DNA of 64,000 nucleotides from Octopus sinensis (GCF_006345805.1 NC_043014.1:26412001-26476000), one strand, 5' to 3'. Shown: positions 11,445 to 23,928, counted from the first letter of the stretch. Translations and numbers: made by a program. The notes: generated by a model not told the origin, from the sequence alone.

Positions 11445-12840
11445 AACGGGAAGCTTTATGAAAATAAACAAAAGACGAAGGCAGGTGGAGTACAAACAAA
11501 CAATTGTATTAGTATGGCGCTCAGGAATATAAATAAAACAAGTCTTTTACGTTTCGAGCCTACGCTCTTCAACAGAAAGATACACAGAAAAGACACACAG
11601 AAAGAAACAAGGAGAGAAAAATATGCGTGCAGAGGCTAGCGAATCAACATGGCGATCTGATTTCGGCCAGAAGTCAAAGATCAAACGTGAGACACAAGAG
11701 CGAAATTAGGGGAGATAACAGGGTTAAATGACCTCGCCCCAACATAAGAGTGTGTGTGTGTATGAGAGAGTATGTAGTGCGTATGAGAGGTCTGGACGTG
11801 TGTATGTATATATGATGTGATGCGTAAAGTCGTATGGTGTAGTGTAGAGAGAGGAGATGAGGGAGAGAGGGGAGGAGGAGGAGTGATGTGTAAAGTCGTA
11901 TGGTGTAGTGTAGAGAGAGGAGATGAGGGTAGAGTGGAGGAGGGGTGTAAGGGGGAGATAGGGGGAGGGGGGAGAGAGGAAGAGGGGGAAATGAAAGAGG
12001 CGGGAGAAGGGGAAAGGTGAGAGTGAGGAGGGGGAGAGGGGGAGAAGGAAAGGAGGGGGAAGAGAGGGGGAGAAGGAAAGAAGGAGAGGGTGGTGAGCGT
12101 GAGATGGGGTGGAGGGTGGAGGGGGAGATGTGATGAGGGGGGAAACGGAAAGAGGAGGGAGGAGGAGGGGGAAGGGGATGAGGAAGGAGAGGGGAAGAGG
12201 AGGGGAGAGGAGGAGGGAGGATATAGGGAGAGGGGGAGAGGGAGAGAGAAGGGGAGTGAGGGAGCAGAGAGAAAGAAGGAAGGGGAAGAGGGAAGAAGAA
12301 AGAGGGAAGAAGGGAAGAGGAGGGAAAGGGAGTAGGGGTGAAAGGATGAAGGACTGAAGAGAAGTAGGGGTCGGGGGGAAGTTAGATGAGGAGGGGGGAG
12401 AGGGGGGTTAGATGAGGAGGGGGAGAGTTGACACCAAATGGCGTAAAAGAGCGAAGAGAGAAGATTAATTCCTGTTCACGGCGCAAACGGGAATCCGGAT
12501 GGCCTCAGACCAAACGTCCAAGAAAGCTGATGAAAAGAGTCTTGTTTGATCAGCGCAAACGTCTTTGGTTTCAGGGGCTGCCATGTATGAATCTAGCTTT
12601 CAAAAGGTTGATCAGCTTCCCTATTCTCCTTATTTGGTCCAATCTGTCTATCATCTATCTCCCAACAAAAAAAAAAAGACTTTTTAAAAAAATCACTAGA
12701 CTGGGAAGCAACATCGCAGTGATGATGACGTCATATCTTCTGTTGATGACCAACAGAATGAAAGTTTCTTCGCCAACGGGATCCAACTCTGCAACCCCTT
12801 GGAAGACGTATGAGGATCGGAAGTGTGAGCGTTTCGAAAA
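11445..12840 (-). mobile_element. Neptune-like PLE 3' fragment: GIY-YIG end, polypyrimidine 3' region and hammerhead-bearing terminal segment
   Basis: Minus-strand HPDSRLRREQELIFSLRSFTPFGVN at about 12430-12505, purine tract 11820-12425 on +, HHR at 11543-11580. Confidence 0.7.
11543..11580 (-). ncRNA. Minimal hammerhead variant, CUGU-U-GA core (PLE 3' region)
   Basis: TCTTT-CTGT-T-GA-A-GAGC(GTAG)GCTC-GAAAC-GTA/AAAGA. Stem I is 5 bp, stem II is 4 bp, and stem III is the ACGT palindrome. Confidence 0.65.
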
Positions 12841-14158
12841 ATAAGCCTCATTTGCTTACATTCCTAAGAGTATCTTCCTCAGCCTATGAAATTTTCAGTC
12901 GCCCCTCTTAGTTCTATAGCAGTGGGGTGCGGGAGCTGATTGAACAATACGTTAGATTTTTGTTTTGAGATGAGTTCTTGAAGTTACTGTAATGTGTAAG
13001 TTGTCATAAAATACGGTGACTAATTTTAAATTTTGCATACTAACTAGTATTAGTATGTTTCAGTGATTGCATAGAAGTTCGCCAGTGAGAACGACTGCAT
13101 CATCGGTCAATAGTAGTCAAATCACCTTCAAATTTCACCCTACAGTCTGAAAAACGAAATACATATTGGAAATTTTAGTCCTACATATTCCATTTCAGTA
13201 AAACGGAATTAGGCTAAACAACAAACGAAGCGATAAATTCTTTCTCTGAATTTAGTTTACGATGCGAGTGAATATTGGTCAAGAATAATTGCTAATATGG
13301 AGACAAGAGACTGAGGATTTGCATTTATGAAATGGTGTCAAAGTATATGGGAGTGATTACTCAGTTGTAAATGTGATGGGAATCTGATATATGAGACATG
13401 TTTATCGATTAATTGAATGTAAGTTTTTATCCATTTACATAATACTATGTTCTTACAGTTCCAGAACTCAAGATTAAACTTCTAATTATGTTCCAAATTC
13501 AATTTCCAAATACACCCAAGTAAACCACAATATGTCTTTGGTTTATGCTTTCGAAGAAAGTATTTTTAGTGAATTCTGAGGATGAACTAGTACTCACAGA
13601 CACACACACGCACACACACACACACACACGCGCAAACACACACACACACAAAAAACACACACACACAGATTCAAACAAAGAAGCAAACACACATACATAC
13701 ATATGTATAGATACACCCATACACATATATACATACACACATATTTGTGCGTGTGCATATGCGTGCGTGGGTTTTTCGCGTCTTTGAATGTGTATGCATG
13801 TGTGTGTGTGTGTGCGTTTGTAATCAACAGATGAAATCCAGAGATTCTCAGAGTAGACACCTTATGGCACTCAAATGGTACAAACTTTAGTTTGACTACG
13901 ATGGCTTTTCGCAGAACCAATTCCGTAAACCTTTCAAATTATAACACTTTTTTACTTCCCCCGTCTTAATTTTTCTGTCGCTTTACACTGTGTAAGTAAG
14001 ATATATTAATATAAATATTTGTATATTTATACTTAAATATTCATCGCCTGGAAGTCTTCAGTCTTTCCTACCTCACATTTTGCATTTATTCATAGATGCA
14101 TATTTTGTATATCAAACCAAAGCTTAAATATTTAAGTTGTTTTTCCACATAACTGCGG

Positions 14159-14221
<63 letters not shown>

Positions 14222-14529
14222 CTCAATAATATGGAATACAGAGATTTATATATCCAGTTTTATTCTGCTGTCAGTCACGTCTTTTCAATTCTGCACCAAC
14301 ATATGCTTCCACTGAGAAGCTTAGCCAGCATTTTTAAGTGGAGAAAGTGAATGCGGTAGCCGCTAGGATTACATATCCCAATCAAATTAATTTGGAAATT
14401 TACATCTATGTGTGTGTGAGAGTGTGTGTGTGAGAGTGTGTGTGTGAGTGATATGTGTGTGTGTATATGTATTCATATATATGTATGTATAAACAAGAAT
14501 GAAAACAATATCAGGATTTTGTTTACATA

Positions 14530-14535
14530 TTTATT
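14530..14535 (-). terminator. Polyadenylation signal AATAAA
   Basis: tttatt on + strand, about 85 nt downstream of the stop codon. Confidence 0.55.
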
Positions 14536-14618
14536 CGGCAGATTCTTCAAATATATTTTCAGTAATAAATACAAATATTAACATACATGCTTATGTGTAT
14601 ATGACTTAACATTTCTAC

Positions 14619-14780
14619 TTAGAATATAGGCGCGCTTGTTGGTTTCAATTGCTCCAGGCGTTTGTGGATATCGTTGACCAATGTAGTCCAGGTGGAACCC
14701 AATAAAGCTGCCCAAGGTTTGAAGAATTCCAAAGCTTGCTGTGCAACTCTAGCGTTGACGTCGTTGATGTGGGCGATAAA
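14619..14780 (-). CDS. Terminal coding exon (FIAHINDVNARVAQQALEFFKPW...APIF*)
   Basis: tactttcag acceptor, open to TAA at 14621-14619. Confidence 0.9.
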   Translation of the reverse strand, partial: FIAHINDVNARVAQQALEFFKPWAALLGSTWTTLVNDIHKRLEQLKPTSAPIF

Positions 14781-17700
14781 CTGAAAGTATAAAAAATATG
14801 CAATTTCATAAGTATATTCACAGTTGTAAAAGGTAATCTCAAACAAGATATTTCTTCCTCTCTTGCTTTTATGCTTTTATGACAGTCAATTCCATCGGAG
14901 AAAGTCATTTAAGATATCTTGTTTGCTTTTGGCAAAACAATGTCTGAGAATCAGCAGTATATCTTATCAAAGCTATAGAAGCTTATTACTGGGACTTATT
15001 TCATCATTCCCAATCTGTAGTTAGGAGAATATATAATCCGAAATTCAGATCTATATGATACATTCTTCTATTTAACATCACAGTACGAAAATTAGACGCA
15101 AATTTGAATTATGTAAATTATAATCAAATATCATTCTTATTTAGACCCAAAGAAATTAATAAAGATGGCGATTATTCACTTCCATTGACACTAGTTGGAT
15201 ATTTCTCGTACGAAGTCTTAAGAGAAATAAATAACTTTACGTCGTGTGTAATTTCTCATTTAATTTTAATTTCATTTCATTAAGAGAGTTGGCTATATAA
15301 ATAGTCAGACAAAAACATTATTACAAAATAGATTTTCAGTACATTTGTAAAACTTCCATATTTCAAAAAACGATAACTTACAGTCTTAGCCAAAGTCTTG
15401 ATATTTTCTATGTGAGGTTTCAGCTTGTCTTTTCCATTGGAAATAGCTTGGTGCAAGAAATCGTGCAAATCATGGAACTTTCCGTGAAGGTGGCCGACAA
15501 TACGACGAAGTGTGTCATTGATTTTATCGAAGATATCGATCAAGTCACGTTTTTGGTGAACGTCGTAGCTGACCTGCATAAATGAAAGGAATTAGTTAAA
15601 ATGTTACAGCAAGTTATAGGCGTCGGCATGGCTCTGTTTTTAAGAAGCTGCTTTGCTATCGTTATTATATGTACCAGACTTGAAAGAATACTAGGGTCGA
15701 TTCGTTCGATTAAAATTCGTTCAAAATTGTGCCCCAGTATGGCCGTAGTCAAACGACTGAATCAAGTAAGTGATAAAAGACAAAAGGATTATTTGATCAA
15801 TATTGTAATTATGGGTTCAATAACGAAAACTTAAATTGAATGTCAAAAATTTTGATGTTTCCATTTTCAAAAATGACCACATCCATATTGCTGTCATTAG
15901 TTGATCCCACGTCAGCTCTGTTGTACCGACATGTAATGAGAATTGTTTCAGCCGAGTCCATAACGACTTCTCCTTGATACAAGATATACAATGTTATGTG
16001 AGTATTTGATTTGGCACAGATTTGGCTTCTACCGACAGTAGAGGTGGTACTAACTAGTCACTCGTTTGCTTATCTTATATTCAACATATGATTAATGTAA
16101 AGAGGAACACAGGTAAAATAAAATACTAATACGATGAAAACAATTACCAGCAACATTTCGGAAGAACTACATCCATGAGATTATACTTCTCTTCGTGGAT
16201 AAGCATTCATTATGTTCTGATTCGTTATTGACTCATTCTAACAAAACGAGAAACACTGCTGCTTCCTAATTCTCAGATTGTCTATCTAGCGATTCATATT
16301 ACGTGATCAAATCATTGGAATACTCTCATAACATTCAAAGGACATTGACGATGTAGTTATCACATGCTGCACGCTTTCATGTGTTATGAACAAATGCTTG
16401 AATATGAAGAAATCATCTTAACAAAAATATAATTGGATCAATAGCCAAATAGTCAATAGTAAATTATGAGGCTTTGCAAAAGCCGTATTGTAAGCATTAT
16501 ACATACGACGTGGGCAAACACAAGGCTATAAACATTTCTCATCAAACGTTAACGAATATCTTTTAACGATTTATTACTTACAGTTGCCAAAGCCTTTTCA
16601 AAGATGCTTTCAAACATTTGTTCGATATCAGTAATAAAATGCCCGCTCTCTGTAAATGACAATATATATATACACACACATTAAAGTAAATAATTTTCAA
16701 TGTGTAGATGTAATTATGTGCGTCTCTATTTTGTGTGTGTGTGCGTGTGTGTAAAATGACATGCATATATTTACAAAATATGGAAAATAGTACAGTCGAT
16801 AAAATGGTTTCAACCTAGGCAAGTGCTGCTCGAACAATCCTATGGTCAGACATTTCCTCTGTAATCATCTCGTGTGGTTGTGTACTAATTCTGTGCAATG
16901 TGTCAGTCTCCCTCACGTCATTGCCTGTATCATTTGAGGAGATTGGTACAATGACTAGCTACAACCTCCTACAAAAGATTTTTTCTTCAACAAAAGGCAA
17001 ATCCAGATAGCAAAAAGAAAAAAAGAAAATGAAAAATACAAACAAATCAAAATTCCTTACTTTCCATGGCATCAATATCTGCCATCAATTCATGGATGAA
17101 TTTCTTGGTAACTTCGGGGCCCTTTTCAATACCATCTGCAATCTTCTGGGCTGACACACGAAGGTTTTCATAAACCTTCTGAGCAAACTACAGAAATGAT
17201 ATATGTGTATATTATCCAACAGAAGGAAAATCCTCAAAAAAGTACTCCAGGGAAGATAAATATCAATTTAAATACAATACTAGAAGAACTACAAATATTT
17301 TTATGTTATTGTGATACTTGAATAGGCATAGTTATAAAATACGCCATGTATCCCTCAGACGCTGCTTATTGGTTAAATATATATATTTTTTTAAACAAGC
17401 ACACTGGACAATAAGAAAATAAGAAAAAAAACGTGAAAAAAACCACGAAGAATTTGGTGAAAAAAATGGAACGGCGAAAAAGAAATGAAACAAGAAAACT
17501 AAGATCCTCGTCCTCCTTCATTGCCGAAATCTCATTAAATACAACTGGTTCAGAAAAAGAAAATTTCAGAAAACATGCACAAGTCTGTGAGAGAGTAATT
17601 CAATCCGGAGCGCGTGGTGTCCACCAATTCGCTAAAAGTTTTCTTGATAACGTTTCTCCTTTCTCGTTCCATTTTTTGCACACATTTTCTTCACTTTCTT

Positions 17701-17863
17701 CCACTTTTTTCTAACGTACTTTAATATACTTACTTTGGTCTTGAGATCAGCGAGACTGTGAACATGAGAGATAACGGTGGTCACTTCTTCGCGGAGGGCT
17801 TCACCAAATTTGGCTGCTAGTTTCTGGATCAAACTGTATAAATGATATATGTCTGCATGTATG

Positions 17864-17915
<52 letters not shown>

Positions 17916-18057
17916 TACCTTTAACAAGTAATTTTTACACGCTACAAGAAGCAGTCAAACTGACTGGTAGTTTTCTCTTGTGCTTAAATTTACACTATTT
18001 GATATTGTGAATATGTTGTCTATTGACTATTTATACATGCTAGGCTACTGGTGGTGA

Positions 18058-18102
<45 letters not shown>

Positions 18103-18182
18103 GGCGGTGCATCAGCATGGTCACAGCTCCGTGCTGAAACTAGAGAGAAATATTATATATACACACATATATATTATATATG

Positions 18183-18223
<41 letters not shown>

Positions 18224-18451
18224 ATGTGTGTTTGTGTGTCTTTGAGTCAGCATTTCTTCCCACCATCACCTCTTGATAACCGGTGTTGGTGTGCTTATGT
18301 CCCCGTAACTTAGTGGTTTGACCAAATAGACCAGTAGAATAAGTACTAGGTCCCAAAAAAGTCCTGGGGTAAATTTGTTTAACTAAAACACTTCAAGGCA
18401 GTACTCCAGCACGGCAGCAGTCAAGTCCTAGTAAGAAGTAAAAGTATAAAA

Positions 18452-18488
<37 letters not shown>

Positions 18489-18671
18489 TAGATAGATCGT
18501 TAGCTACTGCACACATTTTTTTCTATCCTTGTTTTGTCTGTGTCCCTTCCTGTAGAAGAGCGTACGCTCAAAACGATAAAGGCTTTTTATGTTCCTGAGC
18601 GTTATACTAATACAACTGTTTGTTTTGTACACCACCTGTCTTCGTCTTTTGTTTTTTTTCGCAAACTCTCC

Positions 18672-18702
<31 letters not shown>

Positions 18703-19020
18703 AAATTAAAATTAAAGGAAAAAATTTAGTCAATAGACTATACATTATTCAGAGAAGAATACAGTGTGCATTCAAGCACATAACAGATACCCTAAAAATA
18801 GGATATCTAACTCACTAGAAAGAGCAGTTAAACTCCAAGCCACTAATTGTTGTAATTCCGAAAGTGATTGAAAAATAAATAAGGTAAAAGTTTTTCAGTC
18901 ACTTTCGGAATTACAACAATTAGTGGCTTTGAGTCTAACTGCTCTTTCTAGTCAATCAGATATCCTATTTTTCGGGTATCTCTTATGTGTTTGAATGTAC
19001 ACTGTATTCTTCTCGCTCTC

Positions 19021-19065
<45 letters not shown>

Positions 19066-20215
19066 ATATATATATATATATATAATATATATATATATAT
19101 TTACTCACAGGCAGACAAATTTATACATATATACACTATTTTATATGCATGTATGTAGATATGTATTATCTAAATATTAGAATTTCTTATTCTTAAATGA
19201 TATGAGTAAAAGTACGGCTGATAGCCAGTGTTGGTTTGTTTATATCACTGTGTCTTAGCGTTTTGTCAAAAGAAACTGACAAAATAAGTAGCAAGCTTAA
19301 AAAGTACTTGGTACAATTTATTCGACTAGAACATATATATATCGTTCATTTCTGGTTTTACTTGTTTCTCGCACACACACATACATAAATGCATACATAC
19401 ATATATATGTATATCTGTAGTCATTGTCTATATACATACAAGCATAGGTATGTGATGTTTGTAAGTATGTATGTATGTATGTATGTATGTATGTATATAT
19501 GTATGTATGTATGTATGTATGTTTATACATACGTCTGTATAAGTAAAAAGAAGATCGCTTTAGTATTTCCCTCCATTTCTATGACCTCACCTCAATTCAG
19601 ATGGTGTAATATCAATACCGTCAGTGGTCAGAGCACTCTGGATTTCTGTCACGGCAAGTTGCTCCAGTTCCTGTGTAGCTTCTTTGATAAGGAGATCGAA
19701 TGCTGAAATGTACGCAGAAAGTTAGATCCAATGAAAGCACATACGAATAAAAACATTCACTCATAGCCAATGCATAAATCACAGCTCATCACACTGCTGT
19801 GCATTTAAGCTCAGATGGCCGTGAGTACAAATTGTTAGGAATTCTACAAGTCTGTATCAGCCGAAAAAATCGAAAGAAATTTCTTCAATTATATAGTTTA
19901 GATGTAAATAGTTGAAGCTAAAATCACTGCGAAATATTTTCATTATTCGCACAAGATACGCGTACACACGTACGCACACATACATGAACAGACACACACA
20001 AACACACAGAGATATATACACACACACAGAGTCACACATTCACACATACCACATGCATCGACACGTCAGACGTACATACACATACATACAGGTATACTTA
20101 AACTACACATCCATTACTAGATGATCGTTGAAGACTTACCTTCTTTCTCAACCATAGATGTGATTGAGAAAGCCTGGCAGGCAGCTACGAAAAGGATGGC
20201 AAGGTAGAACTTCAT
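14619..20215 (-). CDS. Spliced gene (7 coding exons) for a 278-aa secreted, alpha-helical precursor: signal peptide, acidic pro-region, KR site, His-rich 108-aa C-terminal domain; family not recognised
   Basis: Exons 20215-20140, 19702-19591, 17833-17734, 17187-17061, 16649-16582, 15573-15382 and 14780-14619 all have AG acceptors and GTAAG/GTGAG donors. Intron phases chain 1,2,0,1,0,0 and the total is 837 nt (278 aa plus TAA). Translation: MKFYLAILFVAACQAFSITSMVEKEAFDLLIKEATQELEQLAVTEIQSALTTDGIDITPSELSLIQKLAAKFGEALREEVTTVISHVHSLADLKTKFAQKVYENLRVSAQKIADGIEKGPEVTKKFIHELMADIDAMEKSGHFITDIEQMFESIFEKALATVSYDVHQKRDLIDIFDKINDTLRRIVGHLHGKFHDLHDFLHQAISNGKDKLKPHIENIKTLAKTFIAHINDVNARVAQQALEFFKPWAALLGSTWTTLVNDIHKRLEQLKPTSAPIF. 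Confidence 0.9.
15382..15573 (-). CDS. Coding exon 6 (VSYDVHQKR-DLIDIF...LAKT)
   Basis: ttcatttatgcag acceptor, ACT|gtaagt donor, 192 nt, phase 0 to 0. Confidence 0.9.
16582..16649 (-). CDS. Coding exon 5 (KSGHFITDIEQMFESIFEKALAT)
   Basis: catttacag acceptor, ACT|gtaagt donor, 68 nt, supplies the required phase 1 to 0 change. Confidence 0.82.
17061..17187 (-). CDS. Coding exon 4 (FAQKVYENLR...IDAME)
   Basis: tttctgtag acceptor, A|gtaagg donor, 127 nt, phase 0 to 1; not in the supplied ORF track. Confidence 0.88.
17734..17833 (-). CDS. Coding exon 3 (SLIQKLAAKFGEALREE...LKTK)
   Basis: tttatacag acceptor, AAA|gtaagt donor, 100 nt, phase 2 to 0. Confidence 0.88.
18500..18680 (+). mobile_element. 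Short copy of the same PLE terminal segment
   Basis: Reverse-complement homology to 11450-11640 and 41280-41460. Confidence 0.65.
18545..18582 (+). ncRNA. Decayed CUGU hammerhead variant, intronic, antisense to the host gene
   Basis: CCTTC-CTGT-A-GA-A-GAGC(GTAC)GCTC-AAAAC-GAT-AAAGG; G12 and the cleavage triplet are mutated. Confidence 0.45.
19591..19702 (-). CDS. Coding exon 2 (AFDLLIKEATQELEQ...PSEL)
   Basis: catttcag acceptor, AG|gtgagg donor, 112 nt, phase 1 to 2. Confidence 0.88.
20140..20215 (-). CDS. Coding exon 1 (signal peptide MKFYLAILFVAACQA...)
   Basis: tttttcag acceptor, 7 nt of UTR, ATG at 20215, donor G|gtaagt, phase 1. Confidence 0.9.
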
Positions 20216-21188
20216 CTTGTCACTGAAAAAAACAACACGAGAAATATATGTATAAATATATCTGCCAAATCTAGCAATGAAAGCAGAATAACCAACTTAG
20301 TTGACCCTTCGTTCACCACAGCTCTCCTCTGTTTATCTCTGGGAATTAAGGAATATGCAACAATTGCACAAAAGCAACCAGCAAATGCTGGTAACATTAC
20401 GAAGCAGTCAGCAAGATCGCAAACACCCAGTTCAAAGATAGCGACTAGCCATAAACTTAGTATTTAAATTCTAAGCTGGGATGCTTTATAAGAAGATAAA
20501 ACTGATCGTAGAATCTGATGAGAAATTGAATTTATCACATGTAAAACGACAAAGTAGACTGGGCATGATTTCAACCGAGGATGCAAACGGAAGTACTGCA
20601 CTTGGACAGATTTCATCATCGCAATACAAATCTGTAGAAGAGAAACAAAGTCCAATTACTTTAGTTCCACCAGTTTACTGAATAGCAGTGCATTGCAAAA
20701 CGTATCGGTGAATACGAAGGGCCATATACATATATATACAAGGATAGTGACCCAGCATTATCGCAGATTTTCGTTAACTTTTGATGAGAAATGTTTATAG
20801 CCTTGTGTTTGCCCACGTCGTATGTGTAATACGGCTTTTGCAAATCCTCATAATTTACTATTGACTATTTGGCTATTGATCGAATTATATTTTTGTTAAG
20901 ATGATTTGTTCGTACTATACATATGTGTGTAGACGCGTGTGTGTTACATGAAGAATAAAGTGCCAGTGCATGATGGTGGATTAGGCGATATACTAGTGTT
21001 GGACGAAATGCCTTATAACTGAATTTGCCTTCGACTGTTCTTAGTTTTCCCAATGGACGACAACGCAGTGTGGAAAGGGAGTGGACTGCTGCCTTGGTAA
21101 ATAGAGGTCTTTCATAAGAATAATGGATTTCCTCACAGAGGTTTGTATCACGGAAAGAAATTATTCCAGATCCAAATAACTTATATAT

Positions 21189-21222
<34 letters not shown>

Positions 21223-21398
21223 TGTATGTATGTATGTATGTATGTATGTATGTATGTGTGTATGTATATATGCATGTATGCATGTATGTATGTATTATGT
21301 ATGTATGTATGTATGTATGTATGTATGTATGTATGTATGTATGTATGTATGTATGAAAGTAAGCATATATGCGGCAGCGTATTCAAAACAGTTCTTAC

Positions 21399-21466
21399 CT
21401 GAGAGTAAGTGAATTTGATGGGACTGATTTGTCTGCCGGCGATATTTATACTCTTCCAATCACGTG
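21399..21466 (-). promoter_or_regulatory. Core promoter and short non-coding first exon of the secreted-protein gene
   Basis: On the minus strand: E-box CACGTG (21466-21461), CCAAT (21456-21460, written on +), TATAAATA (21450-21443), Inr-like TCAGTC (21427-21422), then donor CAG|gtaaga at 21399. The downstream exon opens with an acceptor only 7 nt before the ATG, so an upstream exon is needed. Confidence 0.7.
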
Positions 21467-21780
21467 TATATGTAATTCATTGTATGTGATTCAAGCTGTG
21501 TCTATCAACTTCGACGAAAACATGCGTACTCACAAAGGCGCATACATACGAATAGTAAGGGACATACACCCTCTCACACATATATTTTATCTGTAAATAT
21601 CGGTGCATATGTACGTATATACATAGATACGTGTTTACACACAGACATACACACACATATACACTTACATACATGTATACATATATATATCTATATATAT
21701 ACATACATACATACTTGTATATATGTATGTGTGTATGAGTGTGTTTATATATATATATGTATGTATATGTGTGTGTAAGC

Positions 21781-21822
<42 letters not shown>

Positions 21823-23347
21823 GTTAGCGTGGGAGTATCCGCGCGTGTGTAGAAAGATTACCAACACATAAGGTACCTTCACACGGTTCTTTATCTTCAC
21901 TGAGTAGACACTTTTCCATTCCTCATCAGCAAATTCCTCACGACATGGCGCGACTGTTTTAACCCTATCCTTCTTTCATTCGATAGTCTTCAGTCTTAAA
22001 AGAAGGAATTTCAAGATGATCCAGTCGCTTGAGGCCAGTTTCTATACTTAAAAATCATCTATATCACTGAGATTGCTTTCACAGAAATGTCATTCTTTAT
22101 ACTCATTGTATGCAATGTGCAAATACTAGCTTAACTATTAGTTAATAATCCCATTGTTCATATATTGTCACTGGCATCCTTCTATGACCTTAGGACATCC
22201 ATTTCATATCGCTCAGTCTACCACGATATAAACAGGTGCCATAAAGAACTTGAACACATTCTTGTTGTTAGTTCAGCTAAATATTGTTTTCAATAGATCA
22301 TTATATCATTCAAGTGTCTCGTGGAATGCTGTTGTGTTGTAAAGCTTCTTTCAATCTCTAATAGCTATATACGTGTTATAAGATCGTGCCTTTGAACTTT
22401 GTCTTTGAATTTATTTCTTTTCCCGTTACGAAGCCTGATTAACTTAATTTGGAAGCTTCAAAAATATAAAAAAGAAGAAAAAGAAACCGAAACTGGTTCA
22501 GTCATCTCCATCTCTTATATATTTGTGTGAGACTGGTCCTATGTAAATATTAATATATGTGAACGATTGAAACCACATGATGTTGTTCCGATTTTTAACC
22601 TCTTCAGGTCATTTACATGGCTAATGATCTTCAGAAGATCTTTAAGGCCCATAGTTCTCGTTTCTTATTGTCTAGAAGCCTTCGGCACGTCGCAGAGAAA
22701 ATAAAGAGAAAAGAAACTAATTTAGAGACGATATGATAATGTCTCGACCAAACATATTGTTTTGAACCTACTAGGGAACATGTCATGAGTTAACATTGTC
22801 TGTCCCTACATGTTCAACCATATAATGAAGAATCACTAAAAACAGTCATCATGGCTTCCTCTGCAGCTCACTTGCTCTTGAACTTCTTAGGCCTTGGGGT
22901 AGATGTCTGACCACATTCCATAAACTGAGACTTAGGAATCGGTTGTGTTTCAATCCCTCATACAAGATCGGAAAAATATGTTTTCATTGGAGTTAAGAGC
23001 TTCCATTGAATCAAAATAGATTTCCATCATTCAATGTATTATTTCAACTATCAACCACTGAATTAACGACTTCGTACACTGTGCATCATAATCACAGTCT
23101 TGTCCTGCAGCGAGCTTATGCATTATGCCACGTCTGGCTGCACAAATCAGTTCATCCATTTATATATCTGATACTCTACCTCTAATTTCTCCTTTGTTCG
23201 TCAAACAACACTTTCTCAGCTCAATAAACTAGATTGTGCATGAAGTATTGGGAAAAGAATCATATTGAAAAACTTTGTTGTGTTTCGAATATATATGACA
23301 GCATAATCATTTCTTCTACATTCCTCTTCCGTTGGTATATATATATA

Positions 23348-23424
<77 letters not shown>

Positions 23425-23429
23425 CATAC

Positions 23430-23808
23430 GGAGGCGCAATGGCCCGTGGTTAGGGCACGGACTTGCGGTCGTAGGATCGCGGTTCGATTCCCAGACCGGG
23501 CGTTGTGAGTGTTTTTATTGAGAAAAACACCTAAAGCTCCATGAGGCTCCGGCAGGGATGGTGGTGATCCCTGCTGTACCCTTTCACCACAACACTTTCT
23601 CTCACTCTTACTTCCTGTTTCTGTTGTACCTGTATTTCAAAGGCCGGCCTTGTCACTCCTCTGTGTCACGCTGAATATCCCCGAGAACTACGTTAAGGTA
23701 CACGTGTCTGTGAATGCTCAGCCACTTACACGTTAATTTCACGAGCAGGCTGTTCCGTTGATCGGATCAACCGGAACCCTCGTCGTCGTAACCGACGGAG
23801 TGCTTCCA
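23430..23808 (+). mobile_element. tRNA-derived SINE (probably octopus OR-type)
   Basis: GGAGGCGCAATGGCCC..TGGTTAGGG (A-box-like), GGTTCGATTCCC (B-box), flanked by TA microsatellites. Confidence 0.8.
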
Positions 23809-23882
23809 TATCCATATACATACATATATATATATCGATAGATAGATAGAAAATATATACATACATACACACACACACATAC

Positions 23883-23928
<46 letters not shown>

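Noticed and set aside
11820-12425. Glu/Gly/Arg-rich ORFs in the purine tract
   Set aside because: Low-complexity GA repeat forming the 3' region of a PLE on the opposite strand.
12520-12570. CTGATGA...AAACGTC hammerhead-like string on +
   Set aside because: It lacks G12 and stem II, and lies antisense within the GIY-YIG coding remnant; probably chance.
15809-15991. Minus-strand ORF inside intron as a possible extra exon
   Set aside because: There is no good donor, and the flanking exons already join in phase 0.
20540-20660. Acceptor-like site (ttctcttctacag) in the first intron
   Set aside because: No convincing donor; it cannot be supported as an alternative exon without reads.
21950-23230. 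Coding-like decayed sequence upstream of the gene
   Set aside because: Many stops and only vague transposon-like motifs; not classifiable by eye.
23430-23505. tRNA-like sequence
   Set aside because: It is the head of a SINE, not a full cloverleaf tRNA gene.
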